Shown piece after piece: positions 1 to 14,345 of a DNA stretch of 64,000 nt. The DNA comes from Eledone cirrhosa. Taxonomy: Eukaryota. Made by a program: the position numbers and the translations under genes. The notes under the pieces are model-generated. The model was given only the letters and a program-made list of their open reading frames with translations. It was not told the DNA's origin and made no database searches. The DNA lies in the NCBI GenBank assembly GCA_964016885.1, contig OZ024743.1, forward strand, positions 125,364,001-125,428,000, in the 5' to 3' direction. Within the stretch, counting starts at the first letter, position 1. The number at the start of each line of letters is the position of its first letter.

Positions 1-20
1 ACTTCTTGTTGAAATATTGT

Positions 21-182
21 TCACGTTCTTGGGGAATCTTTTGAGTCTTGATTAGAAGTAAAGTCATAAGGCTTCCACCAGTTTGAAAACTGTAAGACTT
101 TCTGTCGTTGAACTTCAAACTTCTCATTTCGGCTTTTACGGAAAAGATACGGATCAGCATCAATCATACCTCCAATGATTTC
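21..182 (-). other. CWF19L2: Duplicated CWF19L2 terminal exon, intact
   Basis: Acceptor, open frame and stop retained. Confidence 0.9.
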
Positions 183-598
183 CTGTGTTCCAAGAAGTAG
201 ACGGTAAAAATATATCAGAAACTATCATTATCAAAGTACTTGGAAGTAAACAAATTTGTCAATATATACATATTTTTTAAATGGTAAATACATATTTGTA
301 CAAAAACTGTACAAGATTCAGTGGAAAGTGTGTAAATAAATAAACATACTGACAAATGTAAAAATATCTTTTTTTTTACAGACTAAAATAGAGTGAATAT
401 GCTGGCTCAAGTTTCCATTCTAGTTGGAGTCACCCTCAGAAACTGTGTACAACTCTATCATTCCACAGAGAAATACTCAATTAATGACTTTATAAGCAAA
501 CCAAATAAGGCAGATAAGCAAATTGGAGATGCTGATAGTTAATTCAATTAGATAGTAAATTATGTAAAAAGCAGATGAAATATAGAATAAATATATAT

Positions 599-940
599 GA
601 AGGCACATGGCCTAGTGGTTAGAGCATTGGCCTTGCAATCGAAAGGTTGTGAGTTCAATTCTCAGACCGGGTGATGTGTTGTTTCCTTGTGCAAGACACT
701 TTATTTCACATTGCTCCAGTTTACTCAGCTGTAGAAATGAGATGATAGGGACTGGGGTCCATATCATTCCACTGCAAAGTAGTCATAGAGGTCCCACGGC
801 AAAAAAGCACCCAGCACTCACTGTAAATGAGATTGGTGTTAGCAAGGGCATCCAGCTGTAGAAATCAAGCCAGAATCAGTTCCCGTCCCACCCTTGCAAG
901 CAGGGAAAAAGCGGACGTAAAATGAAATGATGATGATGAT
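599..940 (+). mobile_element. tRNA-derived SINE with an RTE-type (ATG)n tail (one per array unit; first shown)
   Basis: A box TGGCCTAGTGG, B box GAGTTCAATTC, CORE-like ccttgtgcaagacacttta, and tail cccacccttgcaagcagggaaaaagcggacgtaaaatgaaatgatgatgat. Confidence 0.88.
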
Positions 941-1127
941 ATTTTCATGGTAAATGCTTTATCCCACATAATTATTTCACATAATATCGAATCTATGAGA
1001 TTTTGAAAGTATTTATTTTGAGAACAATACCTTAACATCAGTTTGAATGACCAGTTACAGCCAGTTTCAACAGAAAGAGGTAGAGAATTCTGGCCGGTTT
1101 GGGCCAGTTTAAACATTAAAGGGTTAA
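940..1127. mobile_element. One-ended fragment of a TTAA/piggyBac-type MITE at each unit junction (first shown)
   Basis: Matches the internal part and right end (taaagggttaa) of the full MITE at 59291-59511. The left TIR is missing. Confidence 0.8.
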
Positions 1128-1304
1128 ACCATAGTGTACAAGAAATCAAATGAAATAGAGGTGCAGAGACACTTGTGTCCCCCCCCCCCTAGCTGATACA
1201 TTCACTAGTATTTATGGTTTTCACAAAGATGTTCATTCAAACTGGTGAAATTTCATGTGGTAAGAATACAATCAACATCTGTTGTGCAGTAAAATTATAC
1301 TATC

Positions 1305-1582
1305 ACCTAGTCAAGTTTAATATCCAAGCAGCAGCCAATGGTTACCTGGTATTGCAACAAACAAAATAGTCAAGTGTCAATTCCAAGCAACAATCAAAGT
1401 TTGTTTATTACCTAGTATGTTGACAAACCACATAGATATATCTCATTTCCAACCAATAAAGGATTTTTATCATATAGTTTGGCAAAAAAAACACATAATC
1501 AAGCCTCATTTCCAACCAACAAAGGCTATTTATGATCTAGTATGGTTACAAACCACATAGTCAAGTCTCATTTCCAACCAAA
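1305..1582. repeat. Degenerate ~62-bp tandem repeat, 4-5 copies (in every unit)
   Basis: Recurrent tagtcaagtctcatttccaaccaacaaagg...ctagtatg...acaaaccaca. Confidence 0.75.
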
Positions 1583-2347
1583 CATTTAGGAGGCATGTTA
1601 GGTGTAACAAATACAAATAAACAATCCCACTAGTTTTGAAAGATTTATCAACTTAATATCTCTTAATTGTATAGCCAGCCTGAAGGTTACCATGAAAACA
1701 TTTATCATAGAAGATAAAATTCTATGAATTACTAGAGCCAAGTTTAACATGATGACAAAATATAGTTCTGGGTTTCATCCTACTATGCAGCACACTAGAC
1801 AAATGTCTTCTACTTTAAATTTGGGTTGGCCAAAGCTTTACAAGTGAATTTCGATAGATAGAAACTGTCTGGCAGCCATCAGAGAAAACATTCCGGTTTT
1901 AGGATGATAGACTAAATATGTTGCCCCAGTTAACATCATTATCTGGCCCTTAGGTACATTTAGCAGCACACACTGTTGTAAATATTCAGGCTAGGTCTCC
2001 AATATGATTCTTCTCTTCCTCTTACCAGTCTCGGAAGAACCTGCAAAGAAATAATAAGCATTCCCTTTTTTTCCTCAGACAAAACATAAATAAATAAAAA
2101 GGAAATTTGTTATAAAATTGTTTTTATTGTATAATTTAAAATATATTTATACATATATATATTGGTATTTGTTGTTGTTGTTGGTGACATACACGCAGTC
2201 TAAATATTTATTCATGGTGTTTCCTCTAATATTGTAAAGAGTCCACTCTGATACAAAGAATTCATTTCTCACATCACCATGTGTATAGAGACTACCACAA
2301 ATAAATCAAGAATTGCCACACTGCAATTACAACTTTGATGAATTGCA

Positions 2348-2383
<36 letters not shown>

Positions 2384-2390
<7 letters not shown>

Positions 2391-2711
2391 ATACTTTGGG
2401 AAGGTCATGCTGACAATAAAAACACACACACCTGTTGGTTTTCACTTCAATTTATTATAAATTTCCAGTTGGTTGGTTGCTTGATTCAATAACCAGATGG
2501 TTGTTTATATATTGTCAAAGCTCTTTCGTCACACATACTGTGACTGGGTTTTTATTTTGTGTCTCTCCTTTGTTCTGTCCTACACCATCTTGTTTTTGTG
2601 TGTTGACAACACACAAACCAACCAACTAGCTGGAAATTTATAAATTCAAGTGAAAACCAACAGGTGCATGTACTGTTATTTGCAGCAAGACACTCCCAAA
2701 CTATAACAATA
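2384..2711. mobile_element. ~330-bp MITE-like element with ~95-bp imperfect TIRs in the putative 3'UTR (every unit; proximal copy 25361-25704)
   Basis: tattgttatactttggga...cacctgttggttttcacttcaatt...ataaatttccag is the reverse complement of ctggaaatttataaattcaagtgaaaaccaacaggtg...tcccaaactataacaata. It abuts a (TA)n tract. Confidence 0.8.
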
Positions 2712-2877
2712 TCTGTTTCAACACATGCTTTCAGATAAGAAATCTTGCAAAACGAATTCAAAAACGAAGTATATATATGTGTGTGTGTGTGATGCCCCAG
2801 CATGGACTCAGCCTGTCAGCTGGAATATGTAATAGAATAATATATACATATATATATACTTCTTGTTGAAATATTGT

Positions 2878-3039
2878 TCACGTTCTTGGGGAATCTTTTG
2901 AGTCTTGATTAGAAGTAAAGTCATAAGGCTGCCACCAGTTTGAAAACTGTAAGACTTTCTGTCGTTGAACTTCAAACTTCTCATTTCGGCTTTTACGGAA
3001 AAGATACGGATCAGCATCAATCATACCTCCAATGATTTC
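2878..3039 (-). other. CWF19L2: Duplicated CWF19L2 terminal exon, intact, K>Q variant (WWQPYDF)
   Basis: aggctgccacc replaces aggcttccacc. Confidence 0.9.
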
Positions 3040-5204
3040 CTGTGTTCCAAGAAGTAGACGGTAAAAATATATCAGAAACTATCATTATCAAAGTACTTGG
3101 AAGTAAACAAATTTGTCAATATATACATATTTTTTAAATGGTAAATACATATTTGTACAAAAACTGTACAAGATTCAGTGGAAAGTGTGTAAATAAATAA
3201 ACATACTGACAAATGTAAAAATATCTTTTTTTTTACAGACTAAAATAGAGTGAATATGCTGGCTCAAGTTTCCATTCTAGTTGGAGTCACCCTCAGAAAC
3301 TGTGTACAACTCTATCATTCCACAGAGAAATACTCAATTAATGACTTTATAAGCAAACCAAATAAGGCAGATAAGCAAATTGGAGATGCTGATAGTTAAT
3401 TCAATTAGATAGTAAATTATGTAAAAAGCAGATGAAATATAGAATAAATATATATATGAAGGCACATGGCTTAGTGGTTAGAGCATTGGCCTTGCAATCG
3501 AAAGGTTGTGAGTTCAATTCTCAGACCGGGTGATGTGTTGTTTCCTTGTGCAAGACACTTTATTTCACATTGCTCCAGTTTACTCAGCTGTAGAAATGAG
3601 ATGATAGGGACTGGGGTCCATATCATTCCACTGCAAAGTAGTCATAGAGGTGCCACGGCAAAAAAGCACCCAGCACTCACTGTAAATGAGATTGGTGTTA
3701 GCAAGGGCATCCAGCTGTAGAAATCAAGCCAGAATCAGTTCCCGTCCCACCCTTGCAAGCAGGGAAAAAGCGGACGTAAAATGAAATGATGATGATGATA
3801 TTTTCATGGTAAATGCTTTATCCCACATAATTATTTCACATAATATCGAATCTATGAGATTTTGAAAGTATTTATTTTGAGAACAATACCTTAACATCAG
3901 TTTGAATGACCAGTTACAGCCAGTTTCAACAGAAAGAGGTAGAGAATTCTGGCCGGTTTGGGCCAGTTTAAACATTAAAGGGTTAAACCATAGTGTACAA
4001 GAAATCAAATGAAATAGAGGTGCAGAGACACTTGTGTCCCCCCCTAGCTGATACATTCACTAGTATTTATGGTTTTCACAAAGATGTTCATTCAAACTGG
4101 TGAAATTTCATGTGGTAAGAATACAATCAACATCTGTTGTGCAGTAAAATTATACTATCACCTAGTCAAGTTTAATATCCAAGCAGCAGCCAATGGTTAC
4201 CTGGTATTGCAACAAACAAAATAGTCAAGTCTCAATTCCAAGCAACAATCAAAGTGTGTTTATTACCTAGTATGTTGACAAACCACATAGATATATCTCA
4301 TTTCCAACCAATAAAGGATTTTTATCATATAGTTTGGCAAAAAAAACACATAATCAAGCCTCATTTCCAACCAACAAAGGCTATTTATGATCTAGTATGG
4401 TTACAAACCACATAGTCAAGTCTCATTTCCAACCAAACATTTAGGAGGCATGTTAGGTGTAACAAATACAAATAAACAATCCCACTAGTTTTGAAAGATT
4501 TATCAACTTAATATCTCTTAATTGTATAGCCAGCCTGAAGGTTACCATGAAAACATTTATCATAGAAGATAAAATTCTATGAATTACTAGAGCCAAGTTT
4601 AACATGATGACAAAATATAGTTCTGGGTTTCATCCTACTATGCAGCACACTAGACAAATGTCTTCTACTTTAAATTTGGGTTGGCCAAAGCTTTACAAGT
4701 GAATTTCGATAGATAGAAACTGTCTGGCAGCCATCAGAGAAAACATTCCGGTTTTAGGATGATAGACTAAATATGTTGCCCCAGTTAACATCATTATCTG
4801 GCCCTTAGGTACATTTAGCAGCACACACTGTTGTAAATATTCAGGCTAGGTCTCCAATATGATTCTTCTCTTCCTCTTACCAGTCTCGGAAGAACCTGCA
4901 AAGAAATAATAAGCATTCCCTTTTTTTCCTCAGACAAAACATAAATAAATAAAAAGGAAATTTGTTATAAAATTGTTTTTATTGTATAATTTAAAATATA
5001 TTTATACATATATATATTGGTATTTGTTGTTGTTGTTGGTGACATACACGCAGTCTAAATATTTATTCATGGTGTTTCCTCTAATATTGTAAAGAGTCCA
5101 CTCTGATACAAAGAATTCATTTCTCACATCACCATGTGTATAGAGACTACCACAAATAAATCAAGAATTGCCACACTGCAATTACAACTTTGATGAATTG
5201 CATA

Positions 5205-5244
<40 letters not shown>

Positions 5245-5731
5245 ATACTTTGGGAAGGTCATGCTGACAATAAAAACACACACACCTGTTGGTTTTCACT
5301 TCAATTTATTATAAATTTCCAGTTGGTTGGTTGCTTGATTCAATAACCAGATGGTTGTTTATATATTGTCAAAGCTCTTTCGTCACACATACTGTGACTG
5401 GGTTTTTATTTTGTGTCTCTCCTTTGTTCTGTCCTACACCATCTTGTTTTTGTGTGTTGACAACACACAAACCAACCAACTAGCTGGAAATTTATAAATT
5501 CAAGTGAAAACCAACAGGTGCATGTACTGTTATTTGCAGCAAGACACTCCCAAACTATAACAATATCTGTTTCAACACATGCTTTCAGATAAGAAATCTT
5601 GCAAAACGAATTCAAAAACGAAGTATATATATGTGTGTGTGTGTGATGCCCCAGCATGGACTCAGCCTGTCAGCTGGAATATGTAATAGAATAATATATA
5701 CATATATATATACTTCTTGTTGAAATATTGT

Positions 5732-5893
5732 TCACGTTCTTGGGGAATCTTTTGAGTCTTGATTAGAAGTAAAGTCATAAGGCTGCCACCAGTTTGAAAA
5801 CTGTAAGACTTTCTGTCGTTGAACTTCAAACTTCTCATTTCGGCTTTTACGGAAAAGATACGGATCAGCATCAATCATACCTCCAATGATTTC
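5732..5893 (-). other. CWF19L2: Duplicated CWF19L2 terminal exon, intact, K>Q variant (WWQPYDF)
   Basis: aggctgccacc replaces aggcttccacc. Confidence 0.9.
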
Positions 5894-8060
5894 CTGTGTT
5901 CCAAGAAGTAGACGGTAAAAATATATCAGAAACTATCATTATCAAAGTACTTGGAAGTAAACAAATTTGTCAATATATACATATTTTTTAAATGGTAAAT
6001 ACATATTTGTACAAAAACTGTACAAGATTCAGTGGAAAGTGTGTAAATAAATAAACATACTGACAAATGTAAAAATATCTTTTTTTTTACAGACTAAAAT
6101 AGAGTGAATATGCTGGCTCAAGTTTCCATTCTAGTTGGAGTCACCCTCAGAAACTGTGTACAACTCTATCATTCCACAGAGAAATACTCAATTAATGACT
6201 TTATAAGCAAACCAAATAAGGCAGATAAGCAAATTGGAGATGCTGATAGTTAATTCAATTAGATAGTAAATTATGTAAAAAGCAGATGAAATATAGAATA
6301 AATATATATATGAAGGCACATGGCTTAGTGGTTAGAGCATTGGCCTTGCAATCGAAAGGTTGTGAGTTCAATTCTCAGACCGGGTGATGTGTTGTTTCCT
6401 TGTGCAAGACACTTTATTTCACATTGCTCCAGTTTACTCAGCTGTAGAAATGAGATGATAGGGACTGGGGTCCATATCATTCCACTGCAAAGTAGTCATA
6501 GAGGTGCCACGGCAAAAAAGCACCCAGCACTCACTGTAAATGAGATTGGTGTTAGCAAGGGCATCCAGCTGTAGAAATCAAGCCAGAATCAGTTCCCGTC
6601 CCACCCTTGCAAGCAGGGAAAAAGCGGACGTAAAATGAAATGATGATGATGATATTTTCATGGTAAATGCTTTATCCCACATAATTATTTCACATAATAT
6701 CGAATCTATGAGATTTTGAAAGTATTTATTTTGAGAACAATACCTTAACATCAGTTTGAATGACCAGTTACAGCCAGTTTCAACAGAAAGAGGTAGAGAA
6801 TTCTGGCCGGTTTGGGCCAGTTTAAACATTAAAGGGTTAAACCATAGTGTACAAGAAATCAAATGAAATAGAGGTGCAGAGACACTTGTGTCCCCCCCTA
6901 GCTGATACATTCACTAGTATTTATGGTTTTCACAAAGATGTTCATTCAAACTGGTGAAATTTCATGTGGTAAGAATACAATCAACATCTGTTGTGCAGTA
7001 AAATTATACTATCACCTAGTCAAGTTTAATATCCAAGCAGCAGCCAATGGTTACCTGGTATTGCAACAAACAAAATAGTCAAGTCTCAATTCCAAGCAAC
7101 AATCAAAGTTTGTTTATTACCTAGTATGTTGACAAACCACATAGATATATCTCATTTCCAACCAACAAAGGATTTTTATCATATAGTATGGCAAAAAAAA
7201 ACACATAATCACGCCTCATTTCCAACCAACAAAGGCTATTTATGATCTAGTATGGTTACAAACCACATAGTCAAGTTTCATTTCCAACCAAACATTTAGG
7301 AGGCATGTTAGGTGTAACAAATACAAATAAACAATCCCACTAGTTTTGAAAGATTTATCAACTTAATATCTCTTAATTGTATAGCCAGCCTGAAGGTTAC
7401 CATGAAAACATTTATCATAGAAGATAAAATTCTATGAATTACTAGAGCCAAGTTTAACATGATGACAAAATATAGTTCTGGGTTTCATCCTACTATGCAG
7501 CACACTAGACAAATGTCTTCTACTTTAAATTTGGGTTGGCCAAAGCTTTACAAGTGAATTTCGATAGATAGAAACTGTCTGGCAGCCATCAGAGAAAACA
7601 TTCCGGTTTTAGGATGATAGACTAAATATGTTGCCCCAGTTAACATCATTATCTGGCCCTTAGGTACATTTAGCAGCACACACTGTTGTAAATATTCAGG
7701 CTAGGTCTCCAATATGATTCTTCTCTTCCTCTTACCAGTCTCGGAAGAACCTGCAAAGAAATAATAAGCATTCCCTTTTTTTCCTCAGACAAAACATAAA
7801 TAAATAAAAAGGAAATTTGTTATAAAATTGTTTTTATTGTATAATTTAAAATATATTTATACATATATATATTGGTATTTGTTGTTGTTGTTGGTGACAT
7901 ACACGCAGTCTAAATATTTATTCATGGTGTTTCCTCTAATATTGTAAAGAGTCCACTCTGATACAAAGAATTCATTTCTCACATCACCATGTGTATAGAG
8001 ACTACCACAAATAAATCAAGAATTGCCACACTGCAATTACAACTTTGATGAATTGCATAA

Positions 8061-8120
<60 letters not shown>

Positions 8121-8607
8121 ATACTTTGGGAAGGTCATGCTGACAATAAAAACACACACACCTGTTGGTTTTCACTTCAATTTATTATAAATTTCCAGTT
8201 GGTTGGTTGCTTGATTCAATAACCAGATGGTTGTTTATATATTGTCAAAGCTCTTTCGTCACACATACTGTGACTGGGTTTTTATTTTGTGTCTCTCCTT
8301 TGTTCTGTCCTACACCATCTTGTTTTTGTGTGTTGACAACACACAAACCAACCAACTAGCTGGAAATTTATAAATTCAAGTGAAAACCAACAGGTGCATG
8401 TACTGTTATTTGCAGCAAGACACTCCCAAACTATAACAATATCTGTTTCAACACATGCTTTCAGATAAGAAATCTTGCAAAACGAATTCAAAAACGAAGT
8501 ATATATATGTGTGTGTGTGTGATGCCCCAGCATGGACTCAGCCTGTCAGCTGGAATATGTAACAGAATAATATATACATATATATATACTTCTTGTTGAA
8601 ATATTGT

Positions 8608-8769
8608 TCACGTTCTTGGGGAATCTTTTGAGTCTTGATTAGAAGTAAAGTCATAAGGCTTCCACCAGTTTGAAAACTGTAAGACTTTCTGTCGTTGAAC
8701 TTCAAACTTCTCATTACGGCTTTTACGGAAAAGATACGTATCAGCATCAATCATACCTCCAATAATTTC
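8608..8769 (-). other. CWF19L2: Duplicated CWF19L2 terminal exon, intact, P>T variant (DADTY)
   Basis: aagatacgta replaces aagatacgga. Also carries a synonymous CGA>CGT and two alleles otherwise found only in the proximal copy. Confidence 0.9.
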
Positions 8770-10935
8770 CTGTGTTCCAAGAAGTAGAGGGTAAAAATAT
8801 ATCAGAAACTATCATTATCAAAGTACTTGGAAGTAAACAAATTTGTCAATATATACATATTTTTTAAATGGTAAATACATATTTGTACAAAAACTGTACA
8901 AGATTCAGTGGAAAGTGTGTAAATAAATAAACATACTGACAAATGTAAAAATATCTTTTTTTTTACAGACTAAAATAGAGTGTATATGCTGGCTCAAGTT
9001 TCCATTCTAGTTGGAGTCACCCTCAGAAACTGTGTACAACTCTATCATTCCACAGAGAAATACTCAATTAATGACTTTATAAGCAAACCAAATAAGGCAG
9101 ATAAGCAAATTGGAGATGCTGATAGTTAATTCAATTAGATAGTAAATTATGTAAAAAGCAGATGAAATATAGAATAAATATATATATGAAGGCACATGGC
9201 TTAGTGGTTAGAGCATTGGCCTTGCAATCGAAAGGTTGTGAGTTCAATTCTCAGACCGGGTGATGTGTTGTTTCCTTGTGCAAGACACTTTATTTCACAT
9301 TGCTCCAGTTTACTCAGCTGTAGAAATGAGATGATAGGGACTGGGGTCCATATCATTCCACTGCAAAGTAGTCATAGAGGTGCCACGGCAAAAAAGCACC
9401 CAGCACTCACTGTAAATGAGATTGGTGTTAGCAAGGGCATCCAGCTGTAGAAATCAAGCCAGAATCAGTTCCCGTCCCACCCTTGCAAGCAGGGAAAAAG
9501 CGGACGTAAAATGAAATGATGATGATGATATTTTCATGGTAAATGCTTTATCCCACATAATTATTTCACATAATATCGAATCTATGAGATTTTGAAAGTA
9601 TTTATTTTGAGAACAATACCTTAACATCAGTTTGAATGACCAGTTACAGCCAGTTTCAACAGAAAGAGGTAGAGAATTCTGGCCGGTTTGGGCCAGTTTA
9701 AACATTAAAGGGTTAAACCATAGTGTACAAGAAATCAAATGAAATAGAGGTGCAGAGACACTTGTGTCCCCCCCCTAGCTGATACATTCACTAGTATTTA
9801 TGGTTTTCACAAAGATGTTCATTCAAACTGGTGAAATTTCATGTGGTAAGAATACAATCAACATCTGTTGTGCAGTAAAATTATACTATCACCTAGTCAA
9901 GTTTAATATCCAAGCAGCAGCCAATGGTTACCTGGTATTGCAACAAACAAAATAGTCAAGTGTCAATTCCAAGCAACAATCAAAGTTTGTTTATTACCTA
10001 GTATGTTGACAAACCACATAGATATATCTCATTTCCAACCAATAAAGGATTTTTATCATATAGTATGGCAAAAAAAACTCATAATCAAGCCTCATTTCCA
10101 ACCAACAAAGGCTATTTATGATCTAGTATGGTTACAAACCACATAGTCAAGTCTCATTTCCAACCAAACATTTAGGAGGCATGTTAGGTGTAACAAATAC
10201 AAATAAACAATCCCACTAGTTTTGAAAGATTTATCAACTTAATATCTCTTAATTGTATAGCCAGCCTGAAGGTTACCATGAAAACATTTATCATAGAAGA
10301 TAAAATTCTATGAATTACTAGAGCCAAGTTTAACATGATGACAAAATATAGTTCTGGGTTTCATCCTACTATGCAGCACACTAGACAAATGTCTTCTACT
10401 TTAAATTTGGGTTGGCCAAAGCTTTACAAGTGAATTTCGATAGATAGAAACTGTCTGGCAGCCATCAGAGAAAACATTCCGGTTTTAGGATGATAGACTA
10501 AATATGTTGCCCCAGTTAACATCATTATCTGGCCCTTAGGTACATTTAGCAGCACACACTGTTGTAAATATTCAGGCTAGGTCTCCAATATGATTCTTCT
10601 CTTCCTCTTACCAGTCTCGGAAGAACCTGCAAAGAAATAATAAGCATTCCCTTTTTTTCCTCAGACAAAACATAAATAAATAAAAAGGAAATTTGTTATA
10701 AAATTGTTTTTATTGTATAATTTAAAATAAATTTATACATATATATATTGGTATTTGTTGTTGTTGTTGGTGACATACACGCAGTCTAAATATTTATTCA
10801 TGGTGTTTCCTCTAATATTGTAAAGAGTCCACTCTGATACAAAGAATTCATTTCTCACATCACCATGTGTATAGAGACTACCACAAATAAATCAAGAATT
10901 GCCACACTGCAATTACAACTTTGATGAATTGCATA

Positions 10936-10975
<40 letters not shown>

Positions 10976-11462
10976 ATACTTTGGGAAGGTCATGCTGACA
11001 ATAAAAACACACACACCTGTTGGTTTTCACTTCAATTTATTATAAATTTCCAGTTGGTTGGTTGCTTGATTCAATAACCAGATGGTTGTTTATATATTGT
11101 CAAAGCTCTTTCGTCACACATACTGTGACTGGGTTTTTATTTTGTGTCTCTCCTTTGTTCTGTCCTACACCATCTTGTTTTTGTGTGTTGACAACACACA
11201 AACCAACCAACTAGCTGGAAATTTATAAATTCAAGTGAAAACCAACAGGTGCATGTACTGTTATTTGCAGCAAGACACTCCCAAACTATAACAATATCTG
11301 TTTCAACACATGCTTTCAGATAAGAAATCTTGCAAAACGAATTCAAAAACGAAGTATATATATGTGTGTGTGTGTGATGCCCCAGCATGGACTCAGCCTG
11401 TCAGCTGGAATATGTAATAGAATAATATATACATATATATATACTTCTTGTTGAAATATTGT

Positions 11463-11624
11463 TCACGTTCTTGGGGAATCTTTTGAGTCTTGATTAGAAG
11501 TAAAGTCATAAGGCTTCCACCAGTTTGAAAACTGTAAGACTTTCTGTCGTTGAACTTCAAACTTCTCATTTCGGCTTTTACGGAAAAGATACGGATCAGC
11601 ATCAATCATACCTCCAATGATTTC
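11463..11624 (-). other. CWF19L2: Duplicated CWF19L2 terminal exon, intact
   Basis: Acceptor, open frame and stop retained. Confidence 0.9.
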
Positions 11625-13801
11625 CTGTGTTCCAAGAAGTAGACGGTAAAAATATATCAGAAACTATCATTATCAAAGTACTTGGAAGTAAACAAATTTG
11701 TCAATATATACATATTTTTTAAATGGTAAATACATATTTGTACAAAAACTGTACAAGATTCAGTGGAAAGTGTGTAAATAAATAAACATACTGACAAATG
11801 TAAAAATATCTTTTTTTTTACAGACTAAAATAGAGTGAATATGCTGGCTCAAGTTTCCATTCTAGTTGGAGTCACCCTCAGAAACTGTGTACAACTCTAT
11901 CATTCCACAGAGAAATACTCAATTAATGACTTTATAAGCAAACCAAATAAGGCAGATAAGCAAATTGGAGATGCTGATAGTTAATTCAATTAGATAGTAA
12001 ATTATGTAAAAAGCAGATGAAATATAGAATAAATATATATATGAAGGCACATGGCTTAGTGGTTAGAGCATTGGCCTTGCAATCGAAAGGTTGTGAGTTC
12101 AATTCTCAGACCGGGTGATGTGTTGTTTCCTTGTGCAAGACACTTTATTTCACATTGCTCCAGTTTACTCAGCTGTAGAAATGAGATGATAGGGACTGGG
12201 GTCCATATCATTCCACTGCAAAGTAGTCATAGAGGTGCCACGGCAAAAAAGCACCCAGCACTCACTGTAAATGAGATTGGTGTTAGCAAGGGCATCCAGC
12301 TGTAGAAATCAAGCCAGAATCAGTTCCCGTCCCACCCTTGCAAGCAGGGAAAAAGCGGACGTAAAATGAAATGATGATGATGATATTTTCATGGTAAATG
12401 CTTTATCCCACATAATTATTTCACATAATATCGAATCTATGAGATTTTGAAAGTATTTATTTTGAGAACAATACCTTAACATCAGTTTGAATGACCAGTT
12501 ACAGCCAGTTTCAACAGAAAGAGGTAGAGAATTCTGGCCGGTTTGGGCCAGTTTAAACATTAAAGGGTTAAACCATAGTGTACAAGAAATCAAATGAAAT
12601 AGAGGTGCAGAGACACTTGTGTCCCCCCCCCCCCCCCCTAGCTGATACATTCACTAGTATTTATGGTTTTCACAAAGATGTTCATTCAAACTGGTGAAAT
12701 TTCATGTGGTAAGAATACAATCAACATCTGTTGTGCAGTAAAATTATACTATCACCTAGTCAAGTTTAATATCCAAGCAGCAGCCAATGGTTACCTGGTA
12801 TTGCAACTAACAAAATAGTCAAGTCTCAATTCCAAGCAACAATCAAAGTTTGTTTATTACCTAGTATGTTGACAAACCACATAGATATATCTCATTTCCA
12901 ACCAACAAAGGATTTTTATCATATCGTATGGCAAAAAAAAACACATAATCACGCCTCATTTCCAACCAACAAAGGCTATTTATGATCTAGTATGGTTACA
13001 AACCACATAGTCAAGTTTCATTTCCAACCAAACATTTAGGAGGCATGTTAGGTGTAACAAATACAAATAAACAATCCCACTAGTTTTGAAAGATTTATCA
13101 ACTTAATATCTCTTAATTGTATAGCCAGCCTGAAGGTTACCATGAAAACATTTATCATAGAAGATAAAATTCTATGAATTACTAGAGCCAAGTTTAACAT
13201 GATGACAAAATATAGTTCTGGGTTTCATCCTACTATGCAGCACACTAGACAAATGTCTTCTACTTTAAATTTGGGTTGGCCAAAGCTTTACAAGTGAATT
13301 TCGATAGATAGAAACTGTCTGGCAGCCATCAGAGAAAACATTCCGGTTTTAGGATGATAGACTAAATATGTTGCCCCAGTTAACATCATTATCTGGCCCT
13401 TAGGTACATTTAGCAGCACACACTGTTGTAAATATTCAGGCTAGGTCTCCAATATGATTCTTCTCTTCCTCTTACCAGTCTCGGAAGAACCTGCAAAGAA
13501 ATAATAAGCATTCCCTTTTTTTCCTCAGACAAAACATAAATAAATAAAAAGGAAATTTGTTATAAAATTGTTTTTATTGTATAATTTAAAATATATTTAT
13601 ACATATATATATTGGTATTTGTTGTTGTTGTTGGTGACATACACGCAGTCTAAATATTTATTCATGGTGTTTCCTCTAATATTGTAAAGAGTCCACTCTG
13701 ATACAAAGAATTCATTTCTCACATCACCATGTGTATAGAGACTACCACAAATAAATCAAGAATTGCCACACTGCAATTACAACTTTGATGAATTGCATAA
13801 A

Positions 13802-13858
<57 letters not shown>

Positions 13859-14345
13859 ATACTTTGGGAAGGTCATGCTGACAATAAAAACACACACACC
13901 TGTTGGTTTTCACTTCAATTTATTATAAATTTCCAGTTGGTTGGTTGCTTGATTCAATAACCAGATGGTTGTTTATATATTGTCAAAGCTCTTTCGTCAC
14001 ACATACTGTGACTGGGTTTTTATTTTGTGTCTCTCCTTTGTTCTGTCCTACACCATCTTGTTTTTGTGTGTTGACAACACACAAACCAACCAACTAGCTG
14101 GAAATTTATAAATTCAAGTGAAAACCAACAGGTGCATGTACTGTTATTTGCAGCAAGACACTCCCAAACTATAACAATATCTGTTTCAACACATGCTTTC
14201 AGATAAGAAATCTTGCAAAACGAATTCAAAAACGAAGTATATATATGTGTGTGTGTGTGATGCCCCAGCATGGACTCAGCCTGTCAGCTGGAATATGTAA
14301 TAGAATAATATATACATATATATATACTTCTTGTTGAAATATTGT

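Noticed and set aside
599-675. tRNA gene
   Set aside because: A and B boxes are present but there is no proper acceptor stem, and the sequence continues into a SINE body found many times in the window.
1875-1947. Possible box C/D snoRNA on the minus strand (GCCA..ATGATGT...CTGA-TGGC) in each unit
   Set aside because: The C box is imperfect, the stem spacing is atypical, and I found no clear C'/D' boxes or recognisable rRNA complementarity. It would need snoscan or Infernal support.
2058-2085. Plus-strand acceptor-like ttcccttttttt cctcag in each unit
   Set aside because: It is followed by AT-rich low-complexity sequence with early stops, and there is no other evidence of a plus-strand gene.
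649-3020. The recurring 64-117 aa ORFs in each array unit (MSSILRPG..., MISCTLWF..., MVFTSIYY..., MLGHHTHT..., MMLIRIFS...)
   Set aside because: They fall in SINE, MITE or UTR sequence. MMLIRIFS... is an off-frame reading of the real terminal exon. They recur only because of the duplication.
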